Shown: one piece after another, positions 24,616-36,779 of the stretch
Position numbering within the stretch: the first letter of the stretch is position 1
Layout: the number at the start of each line of letters is the position of its first letter
Source: Octopus bimaculoides
Taxonomy: Eukaryota
Length of the DNA stretch: 49,883 bases
Direction: 5' to 3'
Assembly: GCF_001194135.2 (NCBI RefSeq)
Contig: NC_068987.1
Coordinates: 35,491,979 to 35,541,861 of the forward strand
Program-made: the position numbers and the translations under genes
Notes under the pieces: model-generated
Seen by the model: the letters and a program-made list of their open reading frames with translations, nothing else
Told to the model about the DNA's origin: nothing
Database searches by the model: none

Positions 24616-25467
24616 CCAATATCTTTTCTCATGGTTGCTGAAAGGGATATGCAAAATGGGTTAATCTCACACGGGTTATGACTACGACAAATTTCTATAA
24701 CTGAAAGCTCAAAGCGTTTGCGTTATTCATTTCTTCAAAAGCTAGTTACAAATTACGTAAATGGCGTAAAAATTACATCAAAATAAACACTTTTAATAAA
24801 ATCGAATGAGATACGTTGATGTACTTGTATAATCATGTTTCGACCCTAGTCACATTTCGTAACAATTATAATTGATTTTGGTGAAACGTTGCAAACTGCT
24901 ATTTATATGTGTGTGCGTGTGTGCGTGTGTAAAAAAATATATATGTGCATTTGTTTGATTGTTACTAGTTTTAGTAATTGAACTGCTGCCATGCTGGGGC
25001 ACCGCCTTCAAGGATGTTAGTCGTACGAATCGTACTTCTATATATCACTTATTTTAAGACTGCCACGTAGTCTTTCGTTTCCTGTAGCCGAGCCGCTAAA
25101 TTACGGAGACGTATACAGATCAGAACCGGTCGTCCAGCGACGATGTGGAACAATCACACGAGAAAACATACACACAAACAAATACACGCACACGCACGCA
25201 TATACATACATACATATCTATCGCTCTTTCGCTCTTTATCTCTCTCACTCTCTTCCCTCTCTCTCTGTCCCCCTCTCTCTCCACTCTCTCTCTCTCTTCA
25301 CTTTCTCTCTCCCTCTCTCTATATACATACNNNNNNNNNNNNNNNNNNNNNNNNNNNNNNNNNNNNNNNNNNNNNNNNNNNNNNNNNNNNNNNNNNNNNN
25401 NNNNNNNNNNNNNNNNNNNNNNNGATAGATAGATAGATAGATACATAGATAGATACATAGATAGATA

Positions 25468-25613
25468 TGTGGAAAGAAATTTGCTTCCCAACCACATATT
25501 TCCGGGTTCAGCTGCACTGCGTTGCAACTTAGGCAGGTGTTCTCTACTATAGCATTGGGCCTCCCAAATTCTTGTGAATTGATTTGGTAGACGGAAACTG
25601 AAAGAAGCCAGTC

Positions 25614-25664
<51 letters not shown>

Positions 25665-25920
25665 CGTATGTGTGTGTTTGTGTTTGTTTGTTTGTGTGTG
25701 TGTGCATGTGTGTGTCTGTTTGTCTGTGCGTGTGTCTGTGTGTGTCCCCTACATGGCTTAACAACTGATGCTGGTGTGTTTATGTTCCCATAACTCAGCT
25801 GCTTGGCAATGAATACGATAGAATAAGTACTATGCTTACAAAGAATAATTGGTGAGATTGAGTTGTCTGACTACAGGTGGTGCTCCAGCATGGCCGTGGT
25901 CAAATGACTGAAGTAATTAA
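25468..25920 (+). mobile_element. SINE family A, near full length with internal (TG)n
   Basis: Head (ttgcttcccaaccaca..ccgggttcag), core gatttggtagacggaaactgaaagaagcc, (TG)n spacer, 3' ccagcatggcc..gtcaaatgactgaa. Confidence 0.85.
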
Positions 25921-27032
25921 NNNNNNNNNNNNNNNNNNNNNNNNNNNNNNNNNNNNNNNNNNNNNNNNNNNNNNNNNNNNNNNNNNNNNNNNNNNNNNNN
26001 NNNNNNNNNNNNNNNNNNNNNNNNNNNNNNNNNNNNNNNNNNNNNNNNNNNNNNNNNNNNNNNNNNNNNNNNNNNNNNNNNNNNNNNNNNNNNNNNNNNN
26101 NNNNNNNNNNNNNNNNNNNNNNNNNNNNNNNNNNNNNNNNNNNNNNNNNNNNNNNNNNNNNNNNNNNNNNNNNNNNNNNNNNNNNNNNNNNNNNNNNNNN
26201 NNNNNNNNNNNNNNNNNNNNNNNNNNNNNNNNNNNNNNNNNNNNNNNNNNNNNNNNNNNNNNNNNNNNNNNNNNNNNNNNNNNNNNNNNNNNNNNNNNNN
26301 NNNNNNNNNNNNNNNNNNNNNNNNNNNNNNNNNNNNNNNNNNNNNNNNNNNNNNNNNNNNNNNNNNNNNNNNNNNNNNNNNNNNNNNNNNNNNNCACACA
26401 CTTATATACATATAAATCCTAGGAAGTTAGGGGTTTTGAATCCGACCCACTAAGGGACAATATCTATCCAATATACTGCCGGAGGAATACCCAATTATTA
26501 TTACACTAGCGTATGTACATTTAAATGTACATATATGTATTCATGTATTTATGTTTACTTATGTATATCTATATATTTTAAAGTATGCATATACATGTGA
26601 GGTTTTACGGTTTTTTTTATATTTATTATATTTGGATATTTTAAATTAACCTTCTGAACTTTATAAAATCTCTGAAGAGTCCTAGAGAATCATCCATGTA
26701 CCTCTATTTCATCTATTTCATCTATTAATTGATGGTGTTATATAGATAGAATGAGTCATGTCACCCTAGAGTGAAATAGCTGTAAGTCAATATCCCATTT
26801 TCTGTCACTGGATTTCCTTTTTTAATTACTGATACGACATGATATGTCACATGTGTTTGTATATTGTTATTACTCTCCTTTTAGTAAACAAATAAACAGG
26901 TAAATTGACACAATACAATTTCAGTAAGATGATTAATACCACCTATTCCCCTCCATTTTCTTGTTGCTATATATATGAATATATATATGTGTGTGTATAT
27001 GTTTATGTATATGTATTCACTTTTCTGTTCAA

Positions 27033-27125
27033 GGAATCCACTCACATGGGCTTGGCCAGCCAGAGTCTACATTAGAAAATACGTGTCCAAGTTGCCACTT
27101 ACTGGGACTGAAACATGTGGCACAC
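27033..27125 (-). mobile_element. SINE family A fragment
   Basis: The reverse complement ttcagtccc..gtggcaacttgga..tgtgagtggatt aligns with the SINE A body. Confidence 0.6.
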
Positions 27126-27802
27126 ATATGCATACATGCAATCATATATACATATCTGAAGTTGCGTGTCGAAGGGGCTACGTTTTACGTGTCATGGTCA
27201 CGGAGTTTTAGCCAGATGTGTCATTGGCTCCGACAATTTCTGTTTCCTCACTTGAAATTATTACGAGGCGTATTTTAATGGGAAGCGGCTTCATCTATGC
27301 ATCCAACACATTCTTAATTTCCTTTGTATTAATTTTGAATGACATAAAAATAAAAGGATCTGCTATATTTATGACTATAATTTGTGCACACTAGCAAAGG
27401 CATATACACACATGCATGCACCCACGCACGCACCCGCACCTATACATACACACTAACACACATACGTAATGATGATGACGATAAAGGTGATGATGATGAT
27501 GGTGAACTTGAATGTAAGACAAAAGTGGGCGTCATTTTTTTGTCTTAAATAATGAATCATTCAAATTGCATAGTAACACATCCTCTATTGTAAACAATTT
27601 CCTATTATTGAATGCAAACCTGATTTTTTCAAAGCTGCTTTAAGATTTGTATTCAACAATGGTACAAATGCACAGCCTTTGATAGAGGTTGTGATGAGTA
27701 GTTCTTTTGTATAGAGAAAGTGCTTCTCTACAGCTATGATTACTTTGGACGACCTGCCAGCAGAAAAAGAAAACAGTTATCCTAAATTTGCATTACTGTC
27801 AA

Positions 27803-28240
27803 CAGAAAGGTGCGGCTCTGCGAAGAATTTTGCTTCCCAACCACATTGTCTCACTACGCAGCACCTTAGGCAAGTGTCTTCTACTATAGCCACAGGTCGA
27901 CCAAAATCTTGTGAATTTAGTGAGTGTGTGTGTGTGTGTGTTTGTGTGTGTAGGAGAGAAAGAGAGAAAGAGTGTGTGTGTGTGAGAAAGAGAGAGAGAG
28001 TGTGTGTGCGCCCGCATGTGTGTAAATCTGTCAGTGAGTGAGTGTGCGTGCGTGTGCATTTGTGTGTGTATTTGTGTGTGTCTTTGAGTATGTGTTCTTT
28101 CCCATAACTTACTCGCATAGGGGACAGATAGGTTAAGTACTAGACTTTAAAAATACAAGAAGTGGGGTTGATTTCTTCGACTAAAATTAGTCAATCTGGT
28201 ACCCCAGTATGGTCGCAGTCTAATGACTGAAACGAAATAG
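27803..28240 (+). mobile_element. SINE family A, diverged copy
   Basis: ttgcttcccaaccaca..gcaccttaggcaagtgtcttctactatagcc..gaccaaa, a TG/GA spacer, and a 3' cagtctaatgactgaaac end. Confidence 0.8.
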
Positions 28241-28261
28241 AAAGTATAATGCAAAATATAA

Positions 28262-28718
28262 TATACTAGCCTTGGAGCCGCCCTGTAGTCGGCATTCGTC
28301 CTCGCCCCTGTGGAGGGAAATTTGAGGCTTTTGGCTCCCCTATAGAGCCGCTACGCGCCCCTCTACCCTTGTGCTCTAAAACTTATTTCTGCAAATGTGC
28401 TAAGCACTGATGCTGATCATAGTGTAATCAATAAGCGTAGGGAAAGTACATAGTATGAAATTCATTGTCATTTCATTGATTTGGTCGCCAATGCCATTTA
28501 TTTACTTTAAAATGCAGTAAAAATATCGGGGTAAGTGGGGCTGCATTTAGGCGGCAATTTAAAAAAAAGTAGACCCCATTAGGATATTCCATGGGATTAG
28601 GGGAGTTGCTGGTTTGAGTTTCGTTCTCCTTGTACCAACGGTCTAGGAGGAGTCAACGAACATAAAAACATAACGGACAGAGAAACATCACCCAAATTTA
28701 TTTATGTTATAACAAGAT
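28262..28718 (+). mobile_element. Possible non-autonomous Helentron/DINE-1-like element
   Basis: Begins tatactag and ends with a acggacagagaaaca..tttat..agat organisation resembling HINE/DINE-type elements. Based on pattern recall only. Confidence 0.35.
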
Positions 28719-29293
28719 ATGAATGTATGTGTGAGCGAGTGTGCGTATTTGAGTCTATAATATTTGGGTAAAGAGGAGGAAATATGTTGACGTAGCTCTC
28801 AATTTTAATTGTGGGAAAAATAATCAATCGCTAAATTGAAACGTAGCAATCAACTATATAAACTATATATTGTCTATGTAATTGATTTAATTCTTAAGTT
28901 TCAATAATTATAATTTTAGTTTGTTGTCTTAACATATTTTATGTATTCATTTGTTTATTATCTAATTTAATACGACACTCTCAAGTGTCGTGGTTCTTCG
29001 GTTTAGGAATCAATGCCTAAACATCGGCTGATTTCTATGCATATGATCTTTAATGGTTATAAGCAAAAATCGTTTATAGATAATGCAGAACTTTAGCTCA
29101 GAGATCGGAACATGCGATCACAGACCTATGATAGAGGTGATAATATCGAACTAATACCTTATATCAATGCAGCACTTGAGTAATATTTTACAGAAGTGAA
29201 CAGAAAATACCGACAAAGAACCTCGTTGTCGATCAACAAACATTGTAGCAATTTAAATCCTCCTTCATTCTACATACATATATACTACAATAT

Positions 29294-29337
<44 letters not shown>

Positions 29338-30399
29338 NNNNNNNNNNNNNNNNNNNNNNNNNNNNNNNNNNNNNNNNNNNNNNNNNNNNNNNNNNNNNNN
29401 NNNNNNNNNNNNNNNNNNNNNNNNNNNNNNNNNNNNNNNNNNNNNNNNNNNNNNNNNNNNNNNNNNNNNNNNNNNNNNNNNNNNNNNNNNNNGATATATG
29501 CACTTTTTAAAAGGTAGTTGCACAATAATTTAGAAATATTGCTATTGTTATGGTGCTCTTAGCTCCAATACATTTGCATCTAAGCTTTCCACGCAAATCC
29601 TAGATTGTTGTTTTTATTATTTAAGAAAACAACTTTTTGACGTATTCGTAAAACCTGGAATGGTTATTAATAATAAAAGAGAACTGGATTAATATATGAA
29701 TATATTTCAGCAACAAATTCCGAAGGATCACAAAAGAACAGTAACATTTTACGATGGTAAATAGATTCTCACCCTAACTTTATGTTTTTAGTAAATTTTA
29801 AAGCAAATGCTTCTATTGTTAGTGTTAAAGTAATTACAGCAGGTGTCTAACTTCTTTGAAGAACATTGATGTTAGTCACGTTTTCCTTCATAGTATAGGC
29901 ATCTCAGAAAGGAGTTGCCTCCCTCTAACCGTGTTTGCAGAGAAGGCAGGCTATTGATATTTTACTCTGCAAACGCTAATATTCTGCAACACGTTATAAA
30001 TATTCTTTGTTCTGTTTTATTTTTCTCTTTTTTAATATGAAGCCTTATACATAGATTAATGTTTTCGGTTTCCAAGCATTGCTCTAGACATTTATCATTC
30101 ATTCATATGTCAGAATACCAAGCAACCGAAGTTGCTGTGGAACATCTTTATGTGTTTACTTATTTATATATTTCACTGTATTTGTTTTCTAATAGTATTG
30201 AAGCAGTCTACGTTTCTGATTAATGCTGTTAACAATTTTGTTTTTCTAAGGTTTCTTACTATTACTGCTTTTGTTCTCATTGTTTAGCCCTAATTATACC
30301 AGACATGAAAATCTGTCTCTCTTTTTGTGGAAAGCGTGTCTAATTCTAAGTATCTAATATTTCATTTCTGAAAAGACATTGGTAGATTTACAATTTAAT

Positions 30400-30700
30400 G
30401 AATATTTTTCTGCTCTTAAGAATGTGGAGAGAAATGCATAACAGCCCACAGTATTGTTGCAACTCATTTCTTACTGCGTTATTCAATACAGAATTCATAA
30501 CACAGTTCGTATTGTTGTTGGTCGTCTTCCTACTTTTGTAACTAAATGCGAACACTGCGTCCATCTGCACCTAGCGGAGTGCAAAAGGAATATTTCCCGT
30601 CAATTGTATTTTTATTGATGGATAGATTTAGTTCAAAATCGATATATTTCATGGTATGCGTTTTTGTTCAGTGCAGAAATACGAGCAAGTTCTCGTTAAT
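30400..30700 (-). pseudogene. Possible decayed PIF1/Helitron helicase C-terminal remnant
   Basis: IYPSIKIQLTGNIPFALR*VQ..FAFSYKS and GLLCISL loosely resemble IPRIxL..PF.xxRxQFPVRLAFAxTINKSQG and GQLYVAxSR. Confidence 0.3.
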
Positions 30701-31672
30701 CTCCTTCAATGCTCTCACAGCTTACACTGATGAACATACTATCTCTTTAGGTATAATTGTATTGCGCTATGGGCATTTCAGTTTATTGGCCACTGGTACA
30801 TAAAAATGTCAATAATGCAATACAGACTTGTATCCTTACGGGCACTAATCACGCTTCCTTTAACATGTGATGCGAGAATATAATGAAACAGTACAGAGAT
30901 TTGTATGGAATGTAAGATCATATATCATATAGTATTAATGACATAGAGGATTGTGTGAAAACTTGCAATTGCTCTAAATGACCTAGCAAGACACATGAAA
31001 TGCATTCTAGTTGTTCGCTCTTTTAACTACATTTAACGATTTGTTTAGTGGAATGAACTCAAAAACATAGTTGAGAGAACAGTTCTCAGTATTCTCAAAC
31101 AGTGATTGATGACAATACGAGATAAAGTGCATAAGCTAATAATGAAACTCACGTATAGTGAAACTGACATTAAATAATTCATTGTTAATCGACTTTCATC
31201 TTCCAAAAAACCTGCTAGTGCACCAGAAGATTGCTTTCAACACATGTAATATGCATGAGTGGTAAACTGACTCCCCGACAATATGTTAATTACTGAAGTT
31301 ACATGTATCTATCATTAACTCGCATATTTGTTCCTTCACTTTCCCACACTTTCATATATATATATATATATATATTTATACACATGTAGATCAATTATGT
31401 ATATGTATGTCTGTATGTATATATATATANNNNNNNNNNNNNNNNNNNNNNNNNNNNNNNNNNNNNNNNNNNNNNNNNNNNNNNNNNNNNNNNNNNNNNN
31501 NNNNNNNNNNNNNNNNNNNNNNNNNNNNNNNNNNNNNNNNNNNNNNNNNNNNNNNNNNNNNNNNNNNNNNNNNNNNNNNNNNNNNNNNNNNNNNNNNNNN
31601 NNNNNNNNNNNNNNNNNNNNNNNNNNNNNNNNNATATATATATATATATATATATATATAACTTACTTCAAA

Positions 31673-32540
31673 ATGGACGCGTGGCGTTCGATCAAATAAT
31701 AATATAAACAATATATAAATATATGCACATGTACATACACATATGTACATGCTTACATATATATGTACTTGCATAAATGGGTACAGGGCATAAGTAAACG
31801 TCAACAAAATGAGAAACGAAAACATCAAAAACAAAAACGTAGAAAGCAAATTTTTTTCGAACAACGAAAGAAACAGAGAATCGAGAAAGACAACATAAAG
31901 AACATTCCCTACATCAGTTTTCTGATGTTTTATCTACTCCGCCTTTCGAAGGTAGGGACAAGACGTAACTTCGTTAAAGCAGTCCATGGGTTTTTTGAGG
32001 AGCGTTAAAGCGGTAACATAAAACAGGACAGTAAGAACAAAACAGTAAAATCAAACGGTACGGCCTATTAAGCGAAGACGATGTGAAGTGGTGAACGCTA
32101 CAAAAACGAGCTTTGAGAAGAGACAGGCAAAAGCACGTCTTGTCTCTAGGAAAGAAATGGAAGAAAGAAAGATGGACAGCCGTTGGTCGCGTGTAAGCAA
32201 CGAGAGAGTCAAAGAGGAAGAGTGAGAGAGAGAGAGAGGGGGGAACGGTGACGGGGAGAGGATTAGAATAGGGAAAGGGCGAGAGAGAAAAACAGGAAGG
32301 AAGGAGAACAAGAGAGGGAGATACATAGAAAGAATAGAGGGATAGAGTGCACATCGGAATTATAAAGATAAAATTTACATGGATGCGTGGCGTTCGATCA
32401 TATTATAATATAAATAATATATATGTATATGCATATATACATACATATATATATACATACCTACATATTTATGTGCATATACATGTATATATGGGTATAG
32501 GACATCAAAAGAATAGTCGAAAGCCATTGCAAGAGAAAAT
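31673..32540. repeat. Diverged direct duplication (31673-~31810 and 32379-~32540) flanking a purine-rich tract
   Basis: atgga(c/t)gcgtggcgttcgatca, an AT-rich tract and atgggta(c/t)agg occur in both copies. Confidence 0.7.
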
Positions 32541-33050
32541 CATTGAAATAATTCAAGGTTGATGTAATGTGAGGACAATGTATGTCTCTTGAGCCCAGAG
32601 TAAGTTTTGCAAATTTTATTATATAACGCATCACTGTGCTGGTTGTCAGATGAAGCTGGTGCCACCGTATGAACCCTTTTGACATGCCTCTTCAATTCTC
32701 CAACCGAAAGGCACAAAATTCCACATATTGCACGTGTTCTGTTGTGAAGAATAGCAATATTACACTTTGCCTGATGCTTGACCAACCCGCACGACTCAAG
32801 CACCGCGTCCCACAAACCACACACGCAAAAAGCAACACTCCTCCATCCTCCACAGGTTCATTACTTCTAAGCCGTCACCCAGTCTTCTCGTGTTTCATTC
32901 TTTCTCCCTGAAACCGCTAACAACGACTGTGCACTCTTTTCCTACATCCATCTCGGTCTTGTGCATCTCTCTTCTAATCAACAACTGGAATTCCTGTCTC
33001 TGTCAGAGAAATTTTGAGACAATGCTTGAACCGCATTTTGGGTTTATCGT
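32540..33050 (-). mobile_element. RTE-clade LINE 3' fragment with three C2H2-like fingers
   Basis: KPKMRFKHCLKISL..GIPVVD*.RDAQDRDGCRKRV, then CVVCGTRCLSRAG/LVKHQAKC, AICGILCLSVGELKRHVKRVH and NKICKTYSGLKRHTLSSH. Confidence 0.75.
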
Positions 33051-33199
33051 CTTCCATACATACATACATACATACATAAATGCATACACACCTACAAGCA
33101 TACATACACACACATGCACATGTATATGTATATATTATATATATATATAGACGAATACATGTATATATATATATATAAGTATACGTACACACACACATA

Positions 33200-33366
33200 T
33201 ATATGTATATACGTACATATATATACGATACACTTCTTTCTCTTTCCGCCTACCAAATCCACTCACAGGGCTTTGGTCAGTTCGAGGTGATAGTAGCAGA
33301 CATCAGCCCAAGGTTCCACGCAATGAGACTGAACCCGGAGGCATGTGGTAGCTAAGCATGCTACTT
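33200..33366 (-). mobile_element. SINE family A body resuming after the inserted element (includes the 3' TSD copy)
   Basis: Minus strand: gtagcatgcttagctaccacatgcctccgggttcagtctcattgcgtggaaccttggg..gaccaaagccctgtgagtggatttggtag aligns with 44683-44800. Confidence 0.85.
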
Positions 33367-35674
33367 TATTCTATTTTATTTGCTATAGAAGCAGTATACA
33401 CAGTAGCTGCGGGTTAGACAAACACATTAATGAATGAAAATGAAATAAAATGAATAGATGAGAGACGAAACCCAACACCCGCTGATTGGATTTTTCTCGA
33501 AAACATATATTTTTTTTTAAATCAAAATAAGTTTTCAAACCTCTTCCAAAAAGGAGGCAAAAACCTCTTACTTAACATGTTTTTTAAAAATAAAACACAC
33601 AATTGATGTTAAACCACTAAATTCAATATGATGAGGTTTCAAACACTCTTAGTATTTAATACTAACGAGGCTTTTTCACCTCCTACTCCTCAATATATCC
33701 ATCAATATATCCATGATTATCTTCATTGTCGCTTATGATCCCGTACCCCGTTTCCCATGTCTCATTCATGTACAAAGCATGTCATGTTAGGGTCACTCGG
33801 CCATATGCGACATTCCTCTTTCAGTCTTTTCAGCTTTTTCCCACACGGAAAACCCTATGACCTCCACAGCTATCTGCGGAGGCCATTCGGAATCCGTGTG
33901 CAGGCCATATCTACTGTTTCTTTATGTTCCTCCACTATGTTTTCCACCTCCCCTCCTTTGTAGAAGAAGACAAGTAAATCTTCATCTTTAAGGGTGGGGA
34001 TCGTTTCTTCCACCATCGGTGACGCAATCCCCGCCGACGAAGGCTTTCCCCCATCGGAACATGCAGACGGCACATCATCGTCTACATGCAATGACCCGTT
34101 CTTCTTTCTTTCTTTTCTTTTCTTTTCTTCCTGACTTCGGGAGAGTGGAGATCTCCCCCACTTCCCGAAGCCTTAGGGTCCTTCGGCGGGTAACTATTGT
34201 TGCTCGATTTCTTCCTTTTAAATCCCTTTTGGTTTGAGGAGGCGGAAGCTTCCTCAACAACATCCTCCACTCCCTTTGAATGAGTAGGTGAGGTAGCTTC
34301 CAGTAACTGTTCCAGGACCTTACCATGGTCCTGGGTCAGTTCTTTTTGATTTGGCCTAGCTCCAGGCACGAGTGACACTTGGGGGCGTCCCTCAAGTGTC
34401 ACCGGATACCTGCAGCAAGCCATTTAAAAAAAATCTGGAAAAATCACACCTGTTGCGGCCGATGGGTTCCACAGGGTCGAAATCGCTTTTAACCCTATCC
34501 AATCGACCGACGGCAATATCCTTACATTTAAAAGTCTGTACCGCTATCCCCCAGGTTCGTCGGATGTTATCTTCAATCTTACCCTCCTTGGTGCTTGGAG
34601 GTAACCAACATACCCAGGCTCTTATTAATTTCCTTCCGCAGTACGACGAGAGGAACGGAATTTCATTGCCTTCTAAGGGTTGGCTCGCGACATTGCGAGC
34701 CTTCTCCAGGGTGTCAAGCAGCAACTATACCGTTGCATGATTGACACCACGAGATATGTATTTCACAGAGGACAAATAGTCTTTCAATTCTTTTTCTATA
34801 TTTAGTTTTGAGAATAAGGTGATGGCATCACGAACTTTAGAGTAAGCTGTAACCAATACCATCCTCTCCTCCATGTCTTTTAACCACTGCTTGGGTGGGA
34901 TAATTTCCCACTCCAAGACAGGGGTTCTTCTTTTTAAGTTCCTTCACTAATATGTCCAAAAAAAAACCCAGTTCAAAAACAGTTCACAAAAACAGTCCAC
35001 CAAAAATTCAAACCGAATAATAATAGAAAACAAAATGAAGGAGAAGGGAAATAAACTGAAAAAAATAAGAAGAAAAAGAAAAGGGAACCGAAATTTAGAA
35101 AGAAGGAAAAAATGGGAGAAATGAAAAATAAAAAAAGAATAATGCACACAAATAGAACAGACAGGGAATCCTTGGCTCTGTATAATACTCTAACCAGGTA
35201 AATCAAATAGTCTGGCTTCTTCTTGATTGTACTCCAGTTAGGTAAACACCACAGGGTAAACCCCAAAGGGAATAACTTTTTCTGGTGAAATACGCCCACC
35301 AGAATGTACAAGTTATTTGGCGAAAAAAAGGCACACAGAATTTTATTCAAAGAAAGTTTTCAAAAAATTCTCAGTCAACCGTCATGGCGACGAGAACACA
35401 CCCACCAATAACGACGAACGAGGAACACAATATTTGTGCTCGTTAAAGAGAGCAACAATTTAAAGTCTCCAAGAGCAGACAAAATTGCCCCAGAGCTAGG
35501 CAGACATTTACTGAAAAAAGAAAACACAATAAATTCCCACCCAGCTCAAAAGACAAACAAAAAACTATCTATCTTGACGACTTCCTTTTGGTTCTTTTCT
35601 TCCTATTCCTGGAGCCAATGGTCACGTCTTCTCTCCCTGGAAGCAACAGAGCAACTAATGACGCATGCGCCGAA
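33367..35674 (-). mobile_element. ~2.3 kb ORF1-only non-LTR element (L1/Tx1-like) bounded by a TSD inside SINE A
   Basis: 5' end (ttcg)gcgcatgcgtca, long T-rich 5' UTR, decayed ORF1, 3' region ending aataaaatagaataaa. Flanks are ctaagcatgctactt (33352-33366) and gtaagctagctactt (35675-35689). No EN/RT motifs seen. Confidence 0.8.
33870..34940 (-). pseudogene. ORF1 nucleic-acid-binding protein remnant with CCHC-type knuckle
   Basis: 34392-34916 is one frame with few stops. VTLEGRP/PKCHSCLELGQIKKN*P (34336-34377) has knuckle spacing Cx2Cx4(H>Q)x4(C>stop). Lys/Arg-rich low-complexity C-terminus. Confidence 0.75.
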
Positions 35675-35711
35675 GTAAGCTAGCTACTTACCACGCAGAC
35701 ATACTTGCGCA
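35675..35711 (-). mobile_element. SINE family A 5' head (A-box half) upstream of the inserted element
   Basis: Minus strand gcgcaagtatgtctgcgtggtaagtagctagcttac aligns without gaps to gcgcaggagtggctatgtggtaagcagcttgcttac (44661-44696). Confidence 0.85.
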
Positions 35712-36779
35712 TATACATATATATAAGCTTTTTATTCTTTATATGTATGTATATATGTATATACATACATATAAAGAATGAAAAGCTTTGAATGGTACAA
35801 CAATGCACTATAATACAAAAATGGACTATATACTTGTTGTAATTTAGTTATCCATAGTCCGATGATATTTCGGAATACAATTCCTTCTTCAGATCTTCTT
35901 AGATGGAGTCTCTGCTATAAAGTGTTTACTAATGGCTTTTCTTTTTTTTTCTGGAAGTGTCGCAGTAGTGGTCTCACGAAGCCCCTTCCGGAATTCCTCA
36001 TGAGAAGTGTGTGAGGTCGGCTGTTTCAATCTCGTGTGTGTTGGTATAAATAACCGACAATGTTTCAAGCGAACTACAATACTCTCTTATATGTATATAT
36101 ATATATATATATGAATATATATATACATATATANNNNNNNNNNNNNNNNNNNNNNNNNNNNNNNNNTATATATATATATATATATATATTTGCATATGCG
36201 CACATACCTTTTTCTGCACATATGCTTGTATATAGGACAAGCCTGCTTTCATTCAGATGTATTTAAGCAGAGCTCTCTGCAGCAAAACACATCAAATAAC
36301 ACAGCCGTAACTATTTTCTCAGTGTCATTATAGATAAAAATATAACAGCATCTTTTACATTCAATCTCTCGATTATTAATGATATTACATAATTGGTAGT
36401 TATTGATATAATCAGTAATATTTCGAGTTTTTACAATTTTGTGACTTAATCTCGCATTACGTGTCTGGTTTTTACTTACAAAACTCACTTTACGCATCAA
36501 TGATTTCAATGATCGTTTATGTTCTGTGGAAATGATTTAACAGCTTGTCGTCTCTTTGACAAGACGGAATTACTCCCATTATCAAATGTTTTGTCCGTTC
36601 TTCCGTTCGTTCTTTCGACAATTGTCTTAGCCACATCACAATTATCTGAAAATTGGCACGCTTTGAGTATATACTTTTGGGGACCTGAAAAGATAAAGCT
36701 TTGATAAGTATCGGAGGAAATTATAATAAGCAATATTTCAGAGTAATGGGACAGTTGGCAGAGCTCATGGTCTCTTTTG

